From assembly GCA_963575745.1 (NCBI GenBank), contig CAUYUJ010000290.1:62001-115722 (forward strand): a stretch of DNA of 53,722 nucleotides. The letters run 5' to 3'. Positions 13,400 to 24,880 of the stretch are shown here, piece by piece. A program made the position numbers and the translations under genes. This DNA is from Prorocentrum cordatum (lineage: Eukaryota). Every line of letters begins with the position of its first letter. The first letter of the stretch is position 1. The notes beneath the pieces are model-generated. The model was not told the origin of the DNA. It searched no databases and saw only the letters and a program-made list of their open reading frames with translations.

Positions 13400-14630
13400 A
13401 GTACAGCGTTTCGTGGCCCCAAGCGGAGCTCCACAGAAGGCCCCAGTGCCACCGCCCGCATGCGTCCCCAAACCCGATTTGGCACACCCCTCACACGTTT
13501 CGTGGCCCCGTAGGGAGCTCCACCGAAGGCCCCAGTGCGACCGCCCGCATGCGTCCCCCAAACCCAATTTGGCACACCCCTCACACGTTTCGTGGTCCCA
13601 TAGGGAGCTCCACCGAAGGCCCCAGTGCCGCCGCCCGCATGGGTCCCCCACACCCATTTCGGCACACCCATTTCGGCACACCCCTCCCAGGTTCCGTGGC
13701 CCCATAGGGAACACTAGGGAACTCCACCGAAGGCCCCAGTGCCACCGCCCGCATGCGTCGTCCCCCACATCCAATTGGGCACACCCCGCACACGTTTCGT
13801 GGCCCCATAGGGAGCTCCACCGAAGGCCCCAGTGCCACCGCCCGCATGCGTCCCCCACGCCCAATTTGGCACACCCCTCACACGTTTCGTGGTCCATAGG
13901 GAGCTCCACCGAAGGCCCCAGTGCCACCGCCCGCAAGCGTCACCCACACCCATTTCGGCACACCCCTAACACGCTTCGTGGCCCCATAGGGAGCTCCACC
14001 GAAGGCCCCAGTGCCACCGCCCGCATGCGTCCCCCATACAGAATTGGGCACACCCCTCACACGTTTCGTCGTCCCATGGGGAGCTCCACCGAAGGCCCCA
14101 GTGGCTGCGCTCGCATGACACCACCGCGCCCATTTGGGCACACGGCTCACACGTTTCACGGCCCCAGATGGAGCTCCACCGAAGGCCCCCGTGGCTGCGT
14201 TCGCATGACACCACCGCGCCCACGTCGGCACACCCCTCACACGTCTTGCGGCCCCATAGGGAGCTCCACCGACGGCCCCAGTGGCTGCGTTCGCATGACA
14301 CCACCGCGCCCAGTTCGGCACACCCCTCACACGTCTTGTGGCCCCATAGGGAGCTCCACCGCAGCCCCCGGTGGCTGCGCTCGCATCACACCACCGCGCC
14401 CATTTCGGCATACCCCTCACGTCTTGTGGCCCCATGGTGAGCTCCACTGGAAACCCCACTTGCTGCGTTCGCATGGCACCACCGCACCAATTTCGGCACA
14501 CGGCTCACACATTTTGGTGTGGCCCCATCACCGCAGGCCCCAGTGGCTGCGCTCGCATGACACCACCGCGCCCATTTCGGCACACGGCTCACACGTTTCG
14601 TGCCCCATAGGTAGCTCCACCGAAGGCGAT
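13400..14630. repeat. ~90-bp tandem satellite, about 13 copies
   Basis: Unit GGCACACCCCTCACACGTTTCGTGGCCCCATAGGGAGCTCCACCGAAGGCCCCAGTG... recurs at about 13481, 13571, 13868, 13957, 14047, 14137, 14227, 14317 and onward. Confidence 0.97.
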
Positions 14631-16079
14631 AACAACAAATGCGTTACTCACAACTTCGTATGGTCGGGTCCTTCGCCAGGGTAATTTCGTTTTTGTTTAG
14701 GCCCTGGAGGGTAGAGACGTATGGTTTGGGGATGGAAGCTTGTGAAGCGGGGTTTGATGTTGGGTGGCGTCCGGCGTTGGCTGCAAACGTTCCTGGGGGC
14801 CCCTGGGGGCGGATCCTGCTCATCTTGTCGCCTGGTGCGGATTCCGCGCCTGATTTCCAAATGCTGCGACCCCGTTAAGTGGGCGCTTCTGGAGATGCCA
14901 GCGTGCCGTCAATGGTAGGCTGCGCCGTGCTGGCGGGGGTCCCAGCGCAGGTGGATACCCCTCTGCCAGGCCAGCCAGCCAGGTGAACTGGGCCAGCACT
15001 GGGGCGAGGGGAGGCGCGTTTCTTGTCTGGGTAGCGCCACCCATTGGGACCCCGTTGCATGCCGAGTCTGGGAATTGACGCTGGTGCTAGCTGGAGGCCA
15101 CGATGACGCCAGCAGATAGTGGATTTGTTCGCCTATGGCGGGCAATGTGGAGAGGTGATGGTTGGAGCCAGAGTGGCCTCTGAGTGTGTATGGGGAATCT
15201 TACGTCCGCGGGCCCTGCTGGTGTAGGTGGTCGACCTGTGCCAGGCCGCAAAGAGGTTCCAGTATTTGACGTAATGGTCGCAGGAAGTCACCGCAGGGTC
15301 TTCGGAGAGGAACATCGACATGGGTTGGCTCGAAAAACAGCGCCATGTTGCGTGGGCGAGATGCCTGGAACCTTCGCGGGCGCTCGCTTGGTTGTCATCG
15401 CGGGCAGATGTCGTGCGTGAGCGCATCGGCCGTCAGCTGTTCATAATCAAGCGTTTCAGAATATGCGATTTCATGAGCACGGGCACGCACATTCACAGAC
15501 GTAGTACGTAGACTCAAACAGGTGCACTTACGCATGTACGTGCACATTCACATGCGCACGCACCGGCCGGAGGAGTGTCTCCCGCTTCATGGCGCATGAG
15601 AGGGTAGCTGAAAAGGGCGCCGTGGTTGTCACGGAATGCAGGAGTCTCATCTGGCGCAGACCAGATGCTTGTGGCCACAAGCTCTACATAAACAGGAGGA
15701 GCATTGCCGAAGTGACAATTGCGGAGGAGGAAGTCGATGACAGAGCCGATATTCATCTCCAGGCGTCCAAAGCTTGAGTACCACCAATCCGCTGCGCGAC
15801 TAAAGTACGCTGAAAGTGCCTGATAGCAAAATGACCCCTTCTCTTTGCGGTGGAGTCCTTTGCATGTCTGATGCCGGCAGTCTGGGTTGTACTTGCTGTG
15901 GCAAGGACCGCGACGAGGCTCTCGCAGCTTGGCAAGCCGAGCTCCAGACGTGTACCAGATACGGTCCGTGCGATCAACGATGAAACAGTCCAGGTGCACA
16001 TCTTTCATATACCAGAAACCTGGCCCTGGCGGCCCCGTGGACGACGACCATCATGGGCACCTGAAATACACGAATTCCC

Positions 16080-16630
16080 CCCTCCCCCCCAGGGGCCTCC
16101 CCAGGGCCTCCCCAGAGCCTCCCCAGAGCCTCCCCAGAGCCTCCCCAGAGCCTCCCAGAGCTTCCCCAGCCCCCGGAGCTTTCGGGTAGGTTCCAAATAG
16201 GTCCCAGACGGGCCAACGTGGCTTCCGGACGGCTGCAGATGGCGTCAAGACGGTCCAAGAGGCCCCCAAGACGCCCTAAGACGGCCCCAAGAGGACCCCA
16301 ACGAGGGCCCGAAGAGGCAATCATTGTCCCAATCCCGTAGGGAAAAACGTACATTTCTAGCACATTCGTTGTTTTCATGTGCGCAGCGTCCCAGATCCAC
16401 GAAATGACGCAAGAGGTCTTCACGAGGGCCCAATACGGCCCGAGAGGGCCCCACGACAGCCAAAGAGGCACCCCCAAGAGGGCGCGAAGAGGGGTCTTGG
16501 GGCCTCTTGGGGGTCTCTTGGGTGCCTCTTGGGGGCATCCTGGTGGCCTCTTGGGGGCCTCTTGAGGTCTCCTGGGCACCTCTTGGAGCTCTCTTGGAGC
16601 GCCCTTGGGAGCCTTGGAGCCCGTTTCTTT
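16080..16630. repeat. 11-bp minisatellite family, in both orientations
   Basis: (CCTCCCCAGAG)n, then CCCCAAGAGG units, then the inverted GGCCTCTTGG units. Confidence 0.85.
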
Positions 16631-16789
16631 ATTGCTTGGGGCATGACGGGCGTCATGGCCCCGCTCCCCCCCTCCCCCCCCTATGACGTAACGCTCCCCC
16701 CACCAAGTGCGCTCCGGGCACGGCCGCCGTGCGCATTGGGATCCGCGTAGGTGTCCCCGTAGGAATCCGCATAGGTGTCTGGTCCGCAG

Positions 16790-16851
<62 letters not shown>

Positions 16852-16860
16852 CGTCGTCGT
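16790..16860. repeat. (GTC)n microsatellite
   Basis: Direct reading. Confidence 0.97.
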
Positions 16861-16982
16861 CGCTCGTGGTTCGTCACTCGTCGCTCATCGTCGTCGTGCG
16901 CGCGGACGCGGCTGGAGCCTGTTTTTAAGTCCGGGCCGATGACGGCAATCACCTGGGGGGGGAGGGGGTCGATGACGTCGAA

Positions 16983-18010
16983 CATGTAGGTGGCGATATG
17001 CACCACAACGCCTGTGTACAACACAGTGCCCGCGTGCACCACAGCGCCTGTGTACACCACACCGCCGATGTACACCACAGCAGCCGCGTGCAACGCAGCG
17101 TCAGTTTGTGCCACCGTGCCTGCGGGCACAGCAGCTCTTGTGTACACCACAGCGCCTCCGTACACCACATCGGCCGTGCGCAACACAGCACCAGTGTACA
17201 CCACAATGCTTGCGTGCATTGCAGTGCCTGTGTACGCCACGGCGCCTGTGTGCACCACATCAGCCGTGTGCAACGCAGCACCATTGTTGTGTATAGAATT
17301 TCAGAAGGAATCCTTGTGACAAAATGGAGCGCGTGTGGATTCCAGAGAAAACAATGGAAAACAAATCCTCATGGACGAAGGAGCGCCGCTGGAATCTACG
17401 AGTCCCCCCCAGTCCGCCCGCATCACCCTAACTCCCATTTGCGTCCAGGAGGCTCCAGCTAAACTGGCCGTCCGAGAACCAAGTGGACCGATTCAATCGA
17501 CCATTCTGCGGTGCACGCTGAGATGCGCACGTGCGTTGTAACGCCAAGCCGCACGACAGGGGGTAAGGAGGAGGAGGAGGAGGAGGAGGAGGAGGAGGAG
17601 GAGGAAGACGAGGGAAAAACGTCGCATTCGATTCTCAGAACTTTCCTGGCGTGGCGTTCAGTTGTCCGCAGCAGATCCTGACGTACATGCTCCTTCTACC
17701 TGTCTTATGCACGCAGGCACTGCGGTGTACACCAGCGCTGCGTTGCACGCGGATGCTGTGGTGTAGACAGGCGCTGTGGCGTGCACAGGCGCTGCGGTGC
17801 ACGCAAGCACAGTGGTGTACGCAGGCGTTGTGTTGCACATGGCTGCTGCGGTGTATGTACACCAGCGTTGTAGTGCTCCCAAGTATTGTGGTATACGCGG
17901 GCGGTGCGTTGCACACGGCAGTTGCGGTGCGCAGTGGTGCACACGCGCGGTGTGGTGCACGCCAGCGCTGTGGTGTACACAGGCGCAATGGGCAGATCGC
18001 CACTTACATG
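16983..18010. repeat. Foldback structure: two inverted arrays of an 18-bp minisatellite
   Basis: TGTACACCACAGCGCCTG units at 16995-17290 and their reverse complement at 17700-17990. Outer ends CATGTAGGTGGCGAT / ATCGCCACTTACATG. Confidence 0.85.
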
Positions 18011-18519
18011 CTGCTCGCGTCGTCGTCGTCGCTCGTCGCTCGTCGCTCGTCGCGTCGTGCGCGCGGGCGCGGCTGTGGTGCCGGAACCACACGGCGGGGG
18101 GGGGGCGTCACGTCATACCCCCCCCCGCCCTCCCCCCCCCCCATGACGCCCGTCATCGCCGAACATAAAGAAACTCGCTCTTGGGGACCATCTTTGGGCC
18201 ATCTTGGAGGACATCGATTAAACAAGAGGGGAGCTCCAATTTAGCACCCCCCCAAGAGGCCAAAATGGGGCCAACACCTTAGTGAAATATGTGAATTTGG
18301 CTCTCTCGCCGAGTCCGTTTTGGACGCTCTGACACCTCGCGACTGGACCCGTCCAGGTCCAGGGGAGGGGTAGGGGTAGGGGGAGGGGTCAAGCTACCCA
18401 CCCGCCCGCAAGCCGTCTAGCTCACTCCCACCCGCCCTCCCAACAAATAGTAACACCCGAGCCTGAGTATGTTCAGCGGTCGTCTTTGGATGGGCAGCTA
18501 TTGAGAACCAAAGCCGACC

Positions 18520-18725
18520 CCAGGTGCGCGACGCTTGGGCGAGGTGTGCCACGCGTGCCAGGGGCGCCACGCGCGCCAGGCACCCCTGGGGCCCGACCGT
18601 GCCAGGCACGCCTGGTGCACCAGATGCGCCACGTGCTCCGAGTGCGCCAGGTGTGCCGCACACTCCAGCCGCGCCAGGTGTGCCACGTTAGGGGCACGTG
18701 CAGAGTACGTCAAGTGCGCCTGCGC
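18520..18725. repeat. 9-bp GTGCGCCAG/C minisatellite
   Basis: Degenerate tandem 9-mers. Confidence 0.75.
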
Positions 18726-19404
18726 ACGTGACAGCATACATCGGGAAACATGTCCGCCCCCGCCATCCTTTTCGAAAGCCAATGCCCATCATTGTGTCTG
18801 GTGGGCCGCGCGCCACCAACCCCGCTGTCCCTGTCAAAAACCACTTGACAGTGATCGCGGGCTGACCGCGCATGATCCAGACTTAGCCGCGAGGTGCATG
18901 TTGGATTGTTTTGTTTGTCAGGGATTGTAGTCCTGCGCGCAGCAGGAATTATGCTGACACCTCCGCCGTCCCTGTCAGAAAACAATACAAATTGCTCGCG
19001 GGCCTCACGAACATGATTCAAGACTTTGCCCCAAAGTGTACTTCGCATTGTTTTTTTACAGGGATGGTGTGGGGTGGGTGTGGGGGGGCGCATCGGGTTG
19101 GCCGCGCATCCTCCAAATGAGGAGGCATAATGCGGTGCGTATTGCTTTTTGACAGGGATGGTGGGGGGCGGGCCCTCATGGAGTCGGCATGGTTGCGGGT
19201 TGGTCGCCGGCCGGCTGGGACAGGGGCTTACATTAACAAGGAACAGTAATCAACCCCTCCCCGAAGGGGAAGAAGGGCAGATGGGAGACAACCATCCTAG
19301 AACACCTACTCCCTTAAAAGGGCTGGTGGGATTCGAAGGCGAACCTTGTAGCTTTGTGTTATAGGAGAATGCGTGTTGCCGAGGCACGCGCACACACATG
19401 TGGA

Positions 19405-19445
19405 TCGGTAGCATTTTTGCTCAAGACATCAGCATTTTGGCGAAC
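19405..19445 (+). other. Dinoflagellate spliced-leader relics (two, in tandem)
   Basis: TCGGTAGC-ATTTTTGCTCAAG (19405-19425) matches 19/22 of TCCGTAGCCATTTTGGCTCAAG. A more decayed AGCATTTTGGCGAA follows at 19431. Confidence 0.85.
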
Positions 19446-19471
19446 CAGTATTGCCTGGCGCGGTTGAGCCC

Positions 19472-22400
19472 ATGGCTGGCAACTCGCAGGCAATGTTGCG
19501 TCGGGCTCAGGGGCTGGCGGAGTCGTTACTTGAGCAGTTCGGGAGAGGTGGTCAGCAGCCGTCGAGCGCCACATTGTTGGCTCACCTCCGCAGCATGGAC
19601 AGCGACCCAGGAAGCGAGGTAGGTGCGCGGCCTCGAACGCACACATCTGGCAGCGCTGTTCCCTCGTGGCCATGCGCCCAGCCAGATGCCGCCGCAGAGC
19701 TGAGACACAGACCTCGGAGTGGCCTCGCTCAGCGGTGGCAGCGCGCCGCAATGTGGTCGGTGGCGGTGGGCCTGCGCGGGTGCGGCCTTGGCTCGCGGTG
19801 GGGCTCCCTTGTTGGCGCGTGGCCCGCAGACGAGGGCGGCTGGCTGGCCCTGCAGTCGAGTGTGGCGGATGCCGCGGGGTTCCTGGCGGATGTCCGCAGT
19901 GACAATGCCAGCCTCGTGTGTGCTCGCGGGGGCGGGCCGCGCCCGCTGGCTTCAGAGCTTGCGGCCTCGGCGCTAGACGCGCTGGAAGTGAACATGACAC
20001 AGGAGAAAGGCGGGGATGACGTGGACGACGAGGCAGCACAGGCGGCGTCCCCGCGGTGTCCTCGCTGTGGTCGTGCAGCCGCGGACGATCCAGAGGCGCA
20101 GGGGCGGCTGGCCGAGCTGCGGGTGCTGCTAGGGCAGCGGCATGGTGATGAAGACGCCGAGCTCGCCTCCTCCGCGCTGCGTTTCTCTGCCCAGGCCGCC
20201 GCGGACTGGCTGGAGGCGCCCTTGGCTGCCAGCGCTGCAAGCTGCCCGATGGCTTCGTCGAGCGCACGCTCCCGTCTTGCCGCCGCGTGGGACGGAGGCG
20301 GCCTCAACGCGCTAGTAACCGCCGCCGAGTCTCTCGAGTGTGGGGCATGCGACCTGGCGGGCGCGGCGGCTTACCTCGCAGAGCAGGCAGGTGCTGCCGA
20401 CGCGGACGGCCAGCCGACCGTCTGGACGGCCGTCAGCTCCCTGCTGGTGACGCGCTGCTGGCAGGCCGTGGACTTGAGCCAGCTGCTTGCGGCGTGGCGT
20501 TCCTTGGAGCTCGCCGTCTGGCGAGGCCTCGGGCATCCGCTGCTGGCGGAGGTAGCTTCCCAGCACATGGTGAGGCTGCTGCGCTCTGGGCGCTCAGGCC
20601 GGCTGGTCTCCGCTGAGCTCGCGGCTGGCCTGTGCGGCGCCCCAGCGGCGCTGCGCGGCCTCGTGGGCGAGCTCGGGCAGCTGCCGGCAGGCCCTGAGGC
20701 GGAAGCGCTGAAGGCGGGCGCGGCTGGGGATCCCTTGCGCGCGAGCCTCCTGTACCTTAATCTTGCGTCTGCAGCCCCGAGCGCCGCCGAGGTGGCCTCT
20801 GGCCTGGCTCACGCAGGCCTCTGGCTGCGGCAAGGGCTGGAGGCTACTGGCGACGTCCACGAGGCGGTCTCGAAGGCGCTAAGCGTCGTCCGCGCGGCGC
20901 ATTATATTGCGATGTCAATGCTGACCCTGGGGCAACAGTACATCGTCCTAACAGTTTGCGCATCCGCGCTCAGGCCCGTCGCGGGCGTCGCGACGCACGA
21001 CGGCGGGCTGGAGTCTGCAGTCAAGCACAGACTTGCTTGGCTTGCCAGGCAGATCCCCTTCTGGCAGCCGCCCTTGGTGCCGGCAGCACGAGTTCAGCAG
21101 ATTGGGGCGATCGCATCGCGGCTGCGTGCTGCCTTTGTTGCCAGGCTGCGGGCACTGGACCCTGTGGAGCTGAACACCGTGCCAGGTGTAGCGCAGGCGG
21201 CAGCTCTCGGACTCTACGAAGCATCTGTGATGGATGGCTCACTTCGGGAGGCGGAGCAGCGCCACCCTGGGGCGCTCGGCGCGGCCCTCGGTGAGGCAGG
21301 CGTGGCCGCGCAGAGCCTGCAGGAGGACCCTTGGGCGGCGCTGCCACAGCCGGCCGCGCCGCGGCAGACGCGCTTCGCCGCCTTGCGAGGCTTGAAAGTG
21401 GACCTGGCGACCGGTTTCGCCGAGGTGCTGCTCGAGCGGCCGCGCCCAGGGCAGGGCGCCGGGCGAGGGCACATCTCGCCGGCGCTGCTCGCCGACGCAC
21501 TCGCGATCGGGGGCGGGCCCCTGTCGCTGCGACTGGTGCCCAGCGAGGCGGCAGCCCCGCCCAGCTCCTGGTTGCGGCCAGGGCTGCTGCAGCGAGCGGT
21601 CGTTGCCCCGGCGGCGGCGGCGGACAGTGCCCTGAAGGGGCAGCTGCTGCACGCGGCGCTCTTGCTGCGGAGCCTGGCCTCGCAGGAGGCGCAACTGGAG
21701 CCTGGGCCTGCCATGGGAGGCGCGGAGCTGCGGCTCAGGTGTGTGGACAACGCTTACAGTGTGCATCGGCAACCGCACGGGCTGCCGCTGGAGGTGCGGC
21801 TGGGGCCGCCTCGCCTGGAGGTCGCGCCTCTCGGCCAGGAGTTTGACTCGGCGGCTGTTGGGCGGCTGGCCGCGGCCGTCACCGAGCAACTGGGCCGTGC
21901 GGGCGGGGAGCTGGTGGCGCAGCTGTGCTCGGCCCGCGCGGCCCAGACGCTGCTGGCTAAGGATCCCGAGCAGCTGGCGGCCGTGGCCGTTGGGGCTGGG
22001 CAGGAGGTGCGACCTACAGCGGCCCAAGAGGGGTCCTCGGCGGCTCCACGATCAGCGGTGCAGGCGGGTGCAGGGCTCCTGCATGTCGCCAGCCACCCCA
22101 GGAGAGCCGCCTGGTTGGAGCGCCTGGCTGACGTGCACGCCAGTATCTTTCGGGACATGGGCTTCGTGCATTTGGACTCCGCGGGGTGCTGGGACGAGTC
22201 GCACACGTTCGGCAGATGTTGCAGCGTGGGCGAGCACGCCGAGGGCTGCTGGCAACGGGGTTTCACCCAGGAGAGGTGTTGTCGAAGCCTCAGCGTTTCC
22301 GACCTGGACGGAGCCAGCGCGGAGGACGTCGTTGCCGCGCTGCTGCGGCCCCTGTGCGATCAGCTGCCCGCGCTGGACGGCGTCGCGCCTGCTGTGGTCG

Positions 22401-23827
22401 CCTGGCTCCGCGATCCCACGGGCAGCTTGGATGGACGCACGCTGAGCGGCATCCTCGCCGACGCCCTGGATGACGCGGCGCAGGCCTGCACTGGCGGCGT
22501 GCGGCACCAAGGGCCCCCGGAGGACGACGGCGGCCAGAGTCCCGACGTACGTCCACGTCTCGACGAGGTGCCGGTGGCTTGGGTGTCAGGGCCGCTGCTG
22601 CCGCAGCCGTGGCAGCCGTCTGTCGTCCTGGAGCCGGTGCCGCGCCCAGAAGAAGTGGCGCCCGGGGCGGGGGGAGACACGGCGTGGCCAGAGTTGGGCG
22701 ATGGCGTCGAGGCGCTCACCTTGCAGGAGCTGGAACGCCGTGCGCAGCAGGAGCGGGCCCAGTCGCGGGAGGTCCTGGAGCTGGTCGGCGCGGCGCCAGA
22801 GGTGCGCTCGCTGCGCAGTCTCGGGGAAGAGCTGCACAGGCACCTCGAGCGGCTCGGCCGTGCCCGTGCGAGAAGGCACCGCGCGGCCGAGAGGGCGCGG
22901 GCATCTGGCGGCGAGCCTGGCATGCGCAACCCTGACTCCGCTGGACGGCAGGCGTCTGGCGCGGCTGGCGGCCGCGGCTGCCACGACATGGACGGCCTGC
23001 ATGCTGGGCAGGTTTTGCACATCCGGGCGGAGGGCACCCAGGGCGCCTTCGCCGAGGAGGCCGAAGTCCTGAACATTCTGGAGGCCGCGGGGGAGAGCAG
23101 GATTGACGGACACCTGCATCGCCTTCGCCTCCTTCGGTCAGGTGCCACGTCCGTCTACAACCTGTCCGATCCAAGGTGGTCCGTTGCCAGGCTTGGCACT
23201 CAGGAGGACGGCACCATCTGTCAGGGTCTCCAAACCACCGCGAAAGCCGAGCCCGGGGCGAGGTGGCCCGACTGCATCGAGCAGGGTCAGAGCCTTCCTG
23301 GCGCGGACGGCGCAGGCGTATTTGTCAACGTGGCCGCCTTCGGCGCCACCTCCGGCTGCTTCCGAGAGGATTGCAGGCACTCCGACCACTTCGACTCCGA
23401 CTCCCCCGCCCATTGCGCACGCACCTGTGGGCTGGTGCGGGCGTGCCGCTGGTGGTCGTTCTGGTCCTCGCGCATGGGCGGCGGCACATGCTGGCTGCGA
23501 CGGCATGCAGAGCAGCGCGTGAAGATGGCAAGCAGCGTGCTCGGCCCCTCTTCCTGCATACCTCCAGCGGTCAGCTCTTGGGGGCGTGCTGCACCTGGCA
23601 CTGGCGCCCGCCGAGGCGACGGAAACGCCGATGCACATGAGCCCACCCTTTTCGACCTGGTTGGCGGCCGCCGCGGTCTAGGCCCAAGCCACCCATACCA
23701 TCAGTGGGACCTGGTGAAGGTGCTGGAGGCCTTCGGGCACCTGACGCCCTCGCAGGTCGAGGCGAAGGAGCCGTCCCGGCTGCGGGCTTCCGCACTGCGC
23801 TTCGCGCGGAGGGCGCAGAGGTCGTGA
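19472..23827 (+). CDS. Intronless 1451-aa protein with a paired CW-x7/8-CC motif and a C-terminal PAN/Apple-like domain; probable retrogene
   Basis: Stop-free 4.35 kb; ATG 46 nt after the first SL relic. CWDESHTFGRCC..CWQRGFTQERCC at ~22190-22283; CIEQG...HCARTCGLVRACRWWSF...TCWLR...GPSSC at ~23270-23560. Confidence 0.8.
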   Translation: MAGNSQAMLRRAQGLAESLLEQFGRGGQQPSSATLLAHLRSMDSDPGSEVGARPRTHTSGSAVPSWPCAQPDAAAELRHRPRSGLAQRWQRAAMWSVAVGLRGCGLGSRWGSLVGAWPADEGGWLALQSSVADAAGFLADVRSDNASLVCARGGGPRPLASELAASALDALEVNMTQEKGGDDVDDEAAQAASPRCPRCGRAAADDPEAQGRLAELRVLLGQRHGDEDAELASSALRFSAQAAADWLEAPLAASAASCPMASSSARSRLAAAWDGGGLNALVTAAESLECGACDLAGAAAYLAEQAGAADADGQPTVWTAVSSLLVTRCWQAVDLSQLLAAWRSLELAVWRGLGHPLLAEVASQHMVRLLRSGRSGRLVSAELAAGLCGAPAALRGLVGELGQLPAGPEAEALKAGAAGDPLRASLLYLNLASAAPSAAEVASGLAHAGLWLRQGLEATGDVHEAVSKALSVVRAAHYIAMSMLTLGQQYIVLTVCASALRPVAGVATHDGGLESAVKHRLAWLARQIPFWQPPLVPAARVQQIGAIASRLRAAFVARLRALDPVELNTVPGVAQAAALGLYEASVMDGSLREAEQRHPGALGAALGEAGVAAQSLQEDPWAALPQPAAPRQTRFAALRGLKVDLATGFAEVLLERPRPGQGAGRGHISPALLADALAIGGGPLSLRLVPSEAAAPPSSWLRPGLLQRAVVAPAAAADSALKGQLLHAALLLRSLASQEAQLEPGPAMGGAELRLRCVDNAYSVHRQPHGLPLEVRLGPPRLEVAPLGQEFDSAAVGRLAAAVTEQLGRAGGELVAQLCSARAAQTLLAKDPEQLAAVAVGAGQEVRPTAAQEGSSAAPRSAVQAGAGLLHVASHPRRAAWLERLADVHASIFRDMGFVHLDSAGCWDESHTFGRCCSVGEHAEGCWQRGFTQERCCRSLSVSDLDGASAEDVVAALLRPLCDQLPALDGVAPAVVAWLRDPTGSLDGRTLSGILADALDDAAQACTGGVRHQGPPEDDGGQSPDVRPRLDEVPVAWVSGPLLPQPWQPSVVLEPVPRPEEVAPGAGGDTAWPELGDGVEALTLQELERRAQQERAQSREVLELVGAAPEVRSLRSLGEELHRHLERLGRARARRHRAAERARASGGEPGMRNPDSAGRQASGAAGGRGCHDMDGLHAGQVLHIRAEGTQGAFAEEAEVLNILEAAGESRIDGHLHRLRLLRSGATSVYNLSDPRWSVARLGTQEDGTICQGLQTTAKAEPGARWPDCIEQGQSLPGADGAGVFVNVAAFGATSGCFREDCRHSDHFDSDSPAHCARTCGLVRACRWWSFWSSRMGGGTCWLRRHAEQRVKMASSVLGPSSCIPPAVSSWGRAAPGTGARRGDGNADAHEPTLFDLVGGRRGLGPSHPYHQWDLVKVLEAFGHLTPSQVEAKEPSRLRASALRFARRAQRS

Positions 23828-24159
23828 GCTTGCGGGCGCAGTCCTTCTTCTCTCTCCCCTCTTACTGGCGGGCTGGGCCGCGCCCAGGCGCTCGTGGGCG
23901 GGCGCGCAGAGCTGCCCCTGCCAGAGTGGAAAAGGCTCGGCGGGCGCTTCTTGATGCTTCGTGTTGCTGTACTGTACTGTCGCTTCTTGATGGTTCGATT
24001 CGCAAGCGAGTTGTCATGATGCGGGACGCAGAGGAGCACTGGTGGACACAGTTGAGCACTGGAGGATGAAAAGGAACTGAGGAGGATGTAGATAAATATG
24101 AGGAGGAGGAGAAAGAGACAAGGGCGGAGGAGGAAGCCTCTCGATGGCATCTTGCGGCG

Positions 24160-24880
24160 CTCTTGGGGCCAAACAGGGCCGTCGTCCAGATGCTTCTTTG
24201 GGAGGCCCTGGGGTCTCTTGAGAGGCCGTCCGGGGGCGCCTGGAAGACATTTTTGAAGCCTTGTAGGCCCTTTTGAGCCTCCGTGGAACCTCCTGGGGTC
24301 TCTTGGGGGCCTTTTGGCTGCATCTTGGGCCATCTTGGGGGCCTCTCGGGGCCTCCTGGGGCCCTCTCGGGGCGGAAGGCTTGAGGTTTCGGTTCGTGGT
24401 CCACATCTTGGGCCCCTCTTGGGGCCGTCTTGGGGCTCTCTTGGGCTGTCTTGGGCGTCTCTTGGGCCGTCTCGGGGCCCATTTGGGCTCTCTGGGGGCC
24501 TTCTTGGGGGCCTCTTGAGCCGTCTTCGTGCGCTCTTGGGGGCCTCTTGGGCCGTCTTGGAGCATCGGAAAGCCGAAAATGCGACAAGGCCAAAATCCTT
24601 CCAAAACCATCGTAAAATTTATGATGTTGGCCTCTCGGGGCGCTCTTGTGAGGCCTCTTGGAGGCCACTTGGAGCGTCTTGGCGGCTTATTGGGCCGTCT
24701 TGGGATCATCTTCGGCGTCTTGGAGCGTCCTTTGGGCGTCTCGGGGGCCTCTTGAGTAGTCTTGGGGGCCTCTTGGGGCCCTCTTGGCGCGCTCTGGGCG
24801 GCCTGAGAGGCCGTACCCAGGAGGAAAACCATCTCTGAGTAGACCTTCCCGGGACCTTCCCGGGACCTTCCCGGGCTGCG
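24160..24880. repeat. 11-bp GGGGCCTCTTG minisatellite element flanking the LINE insertion
   Basis: Degenerate tandem units, ending in (GACCTTCCCGG)x3. Confidence 0.85.

Noticed and set aside
13400..14630. CRISPR-like array, or the 473-aa ORF 13263..14684
   Set aside because: Whole units repeat with no unique spacers and there are no cas genes. The ORFs are satellite translations.
16653..17462. Hexapeptide-repeat-like ORF (VVYTGA)n
   Set aside because: It derives from an 18-bp minisatellite that is open in several frames and present in both orientations.
19359..24333. Numerous antisense and alternate-frame ORFs over the 1451-aa gene
   Set aside because: Shadow ORFs expected from high GC content and codon bias.
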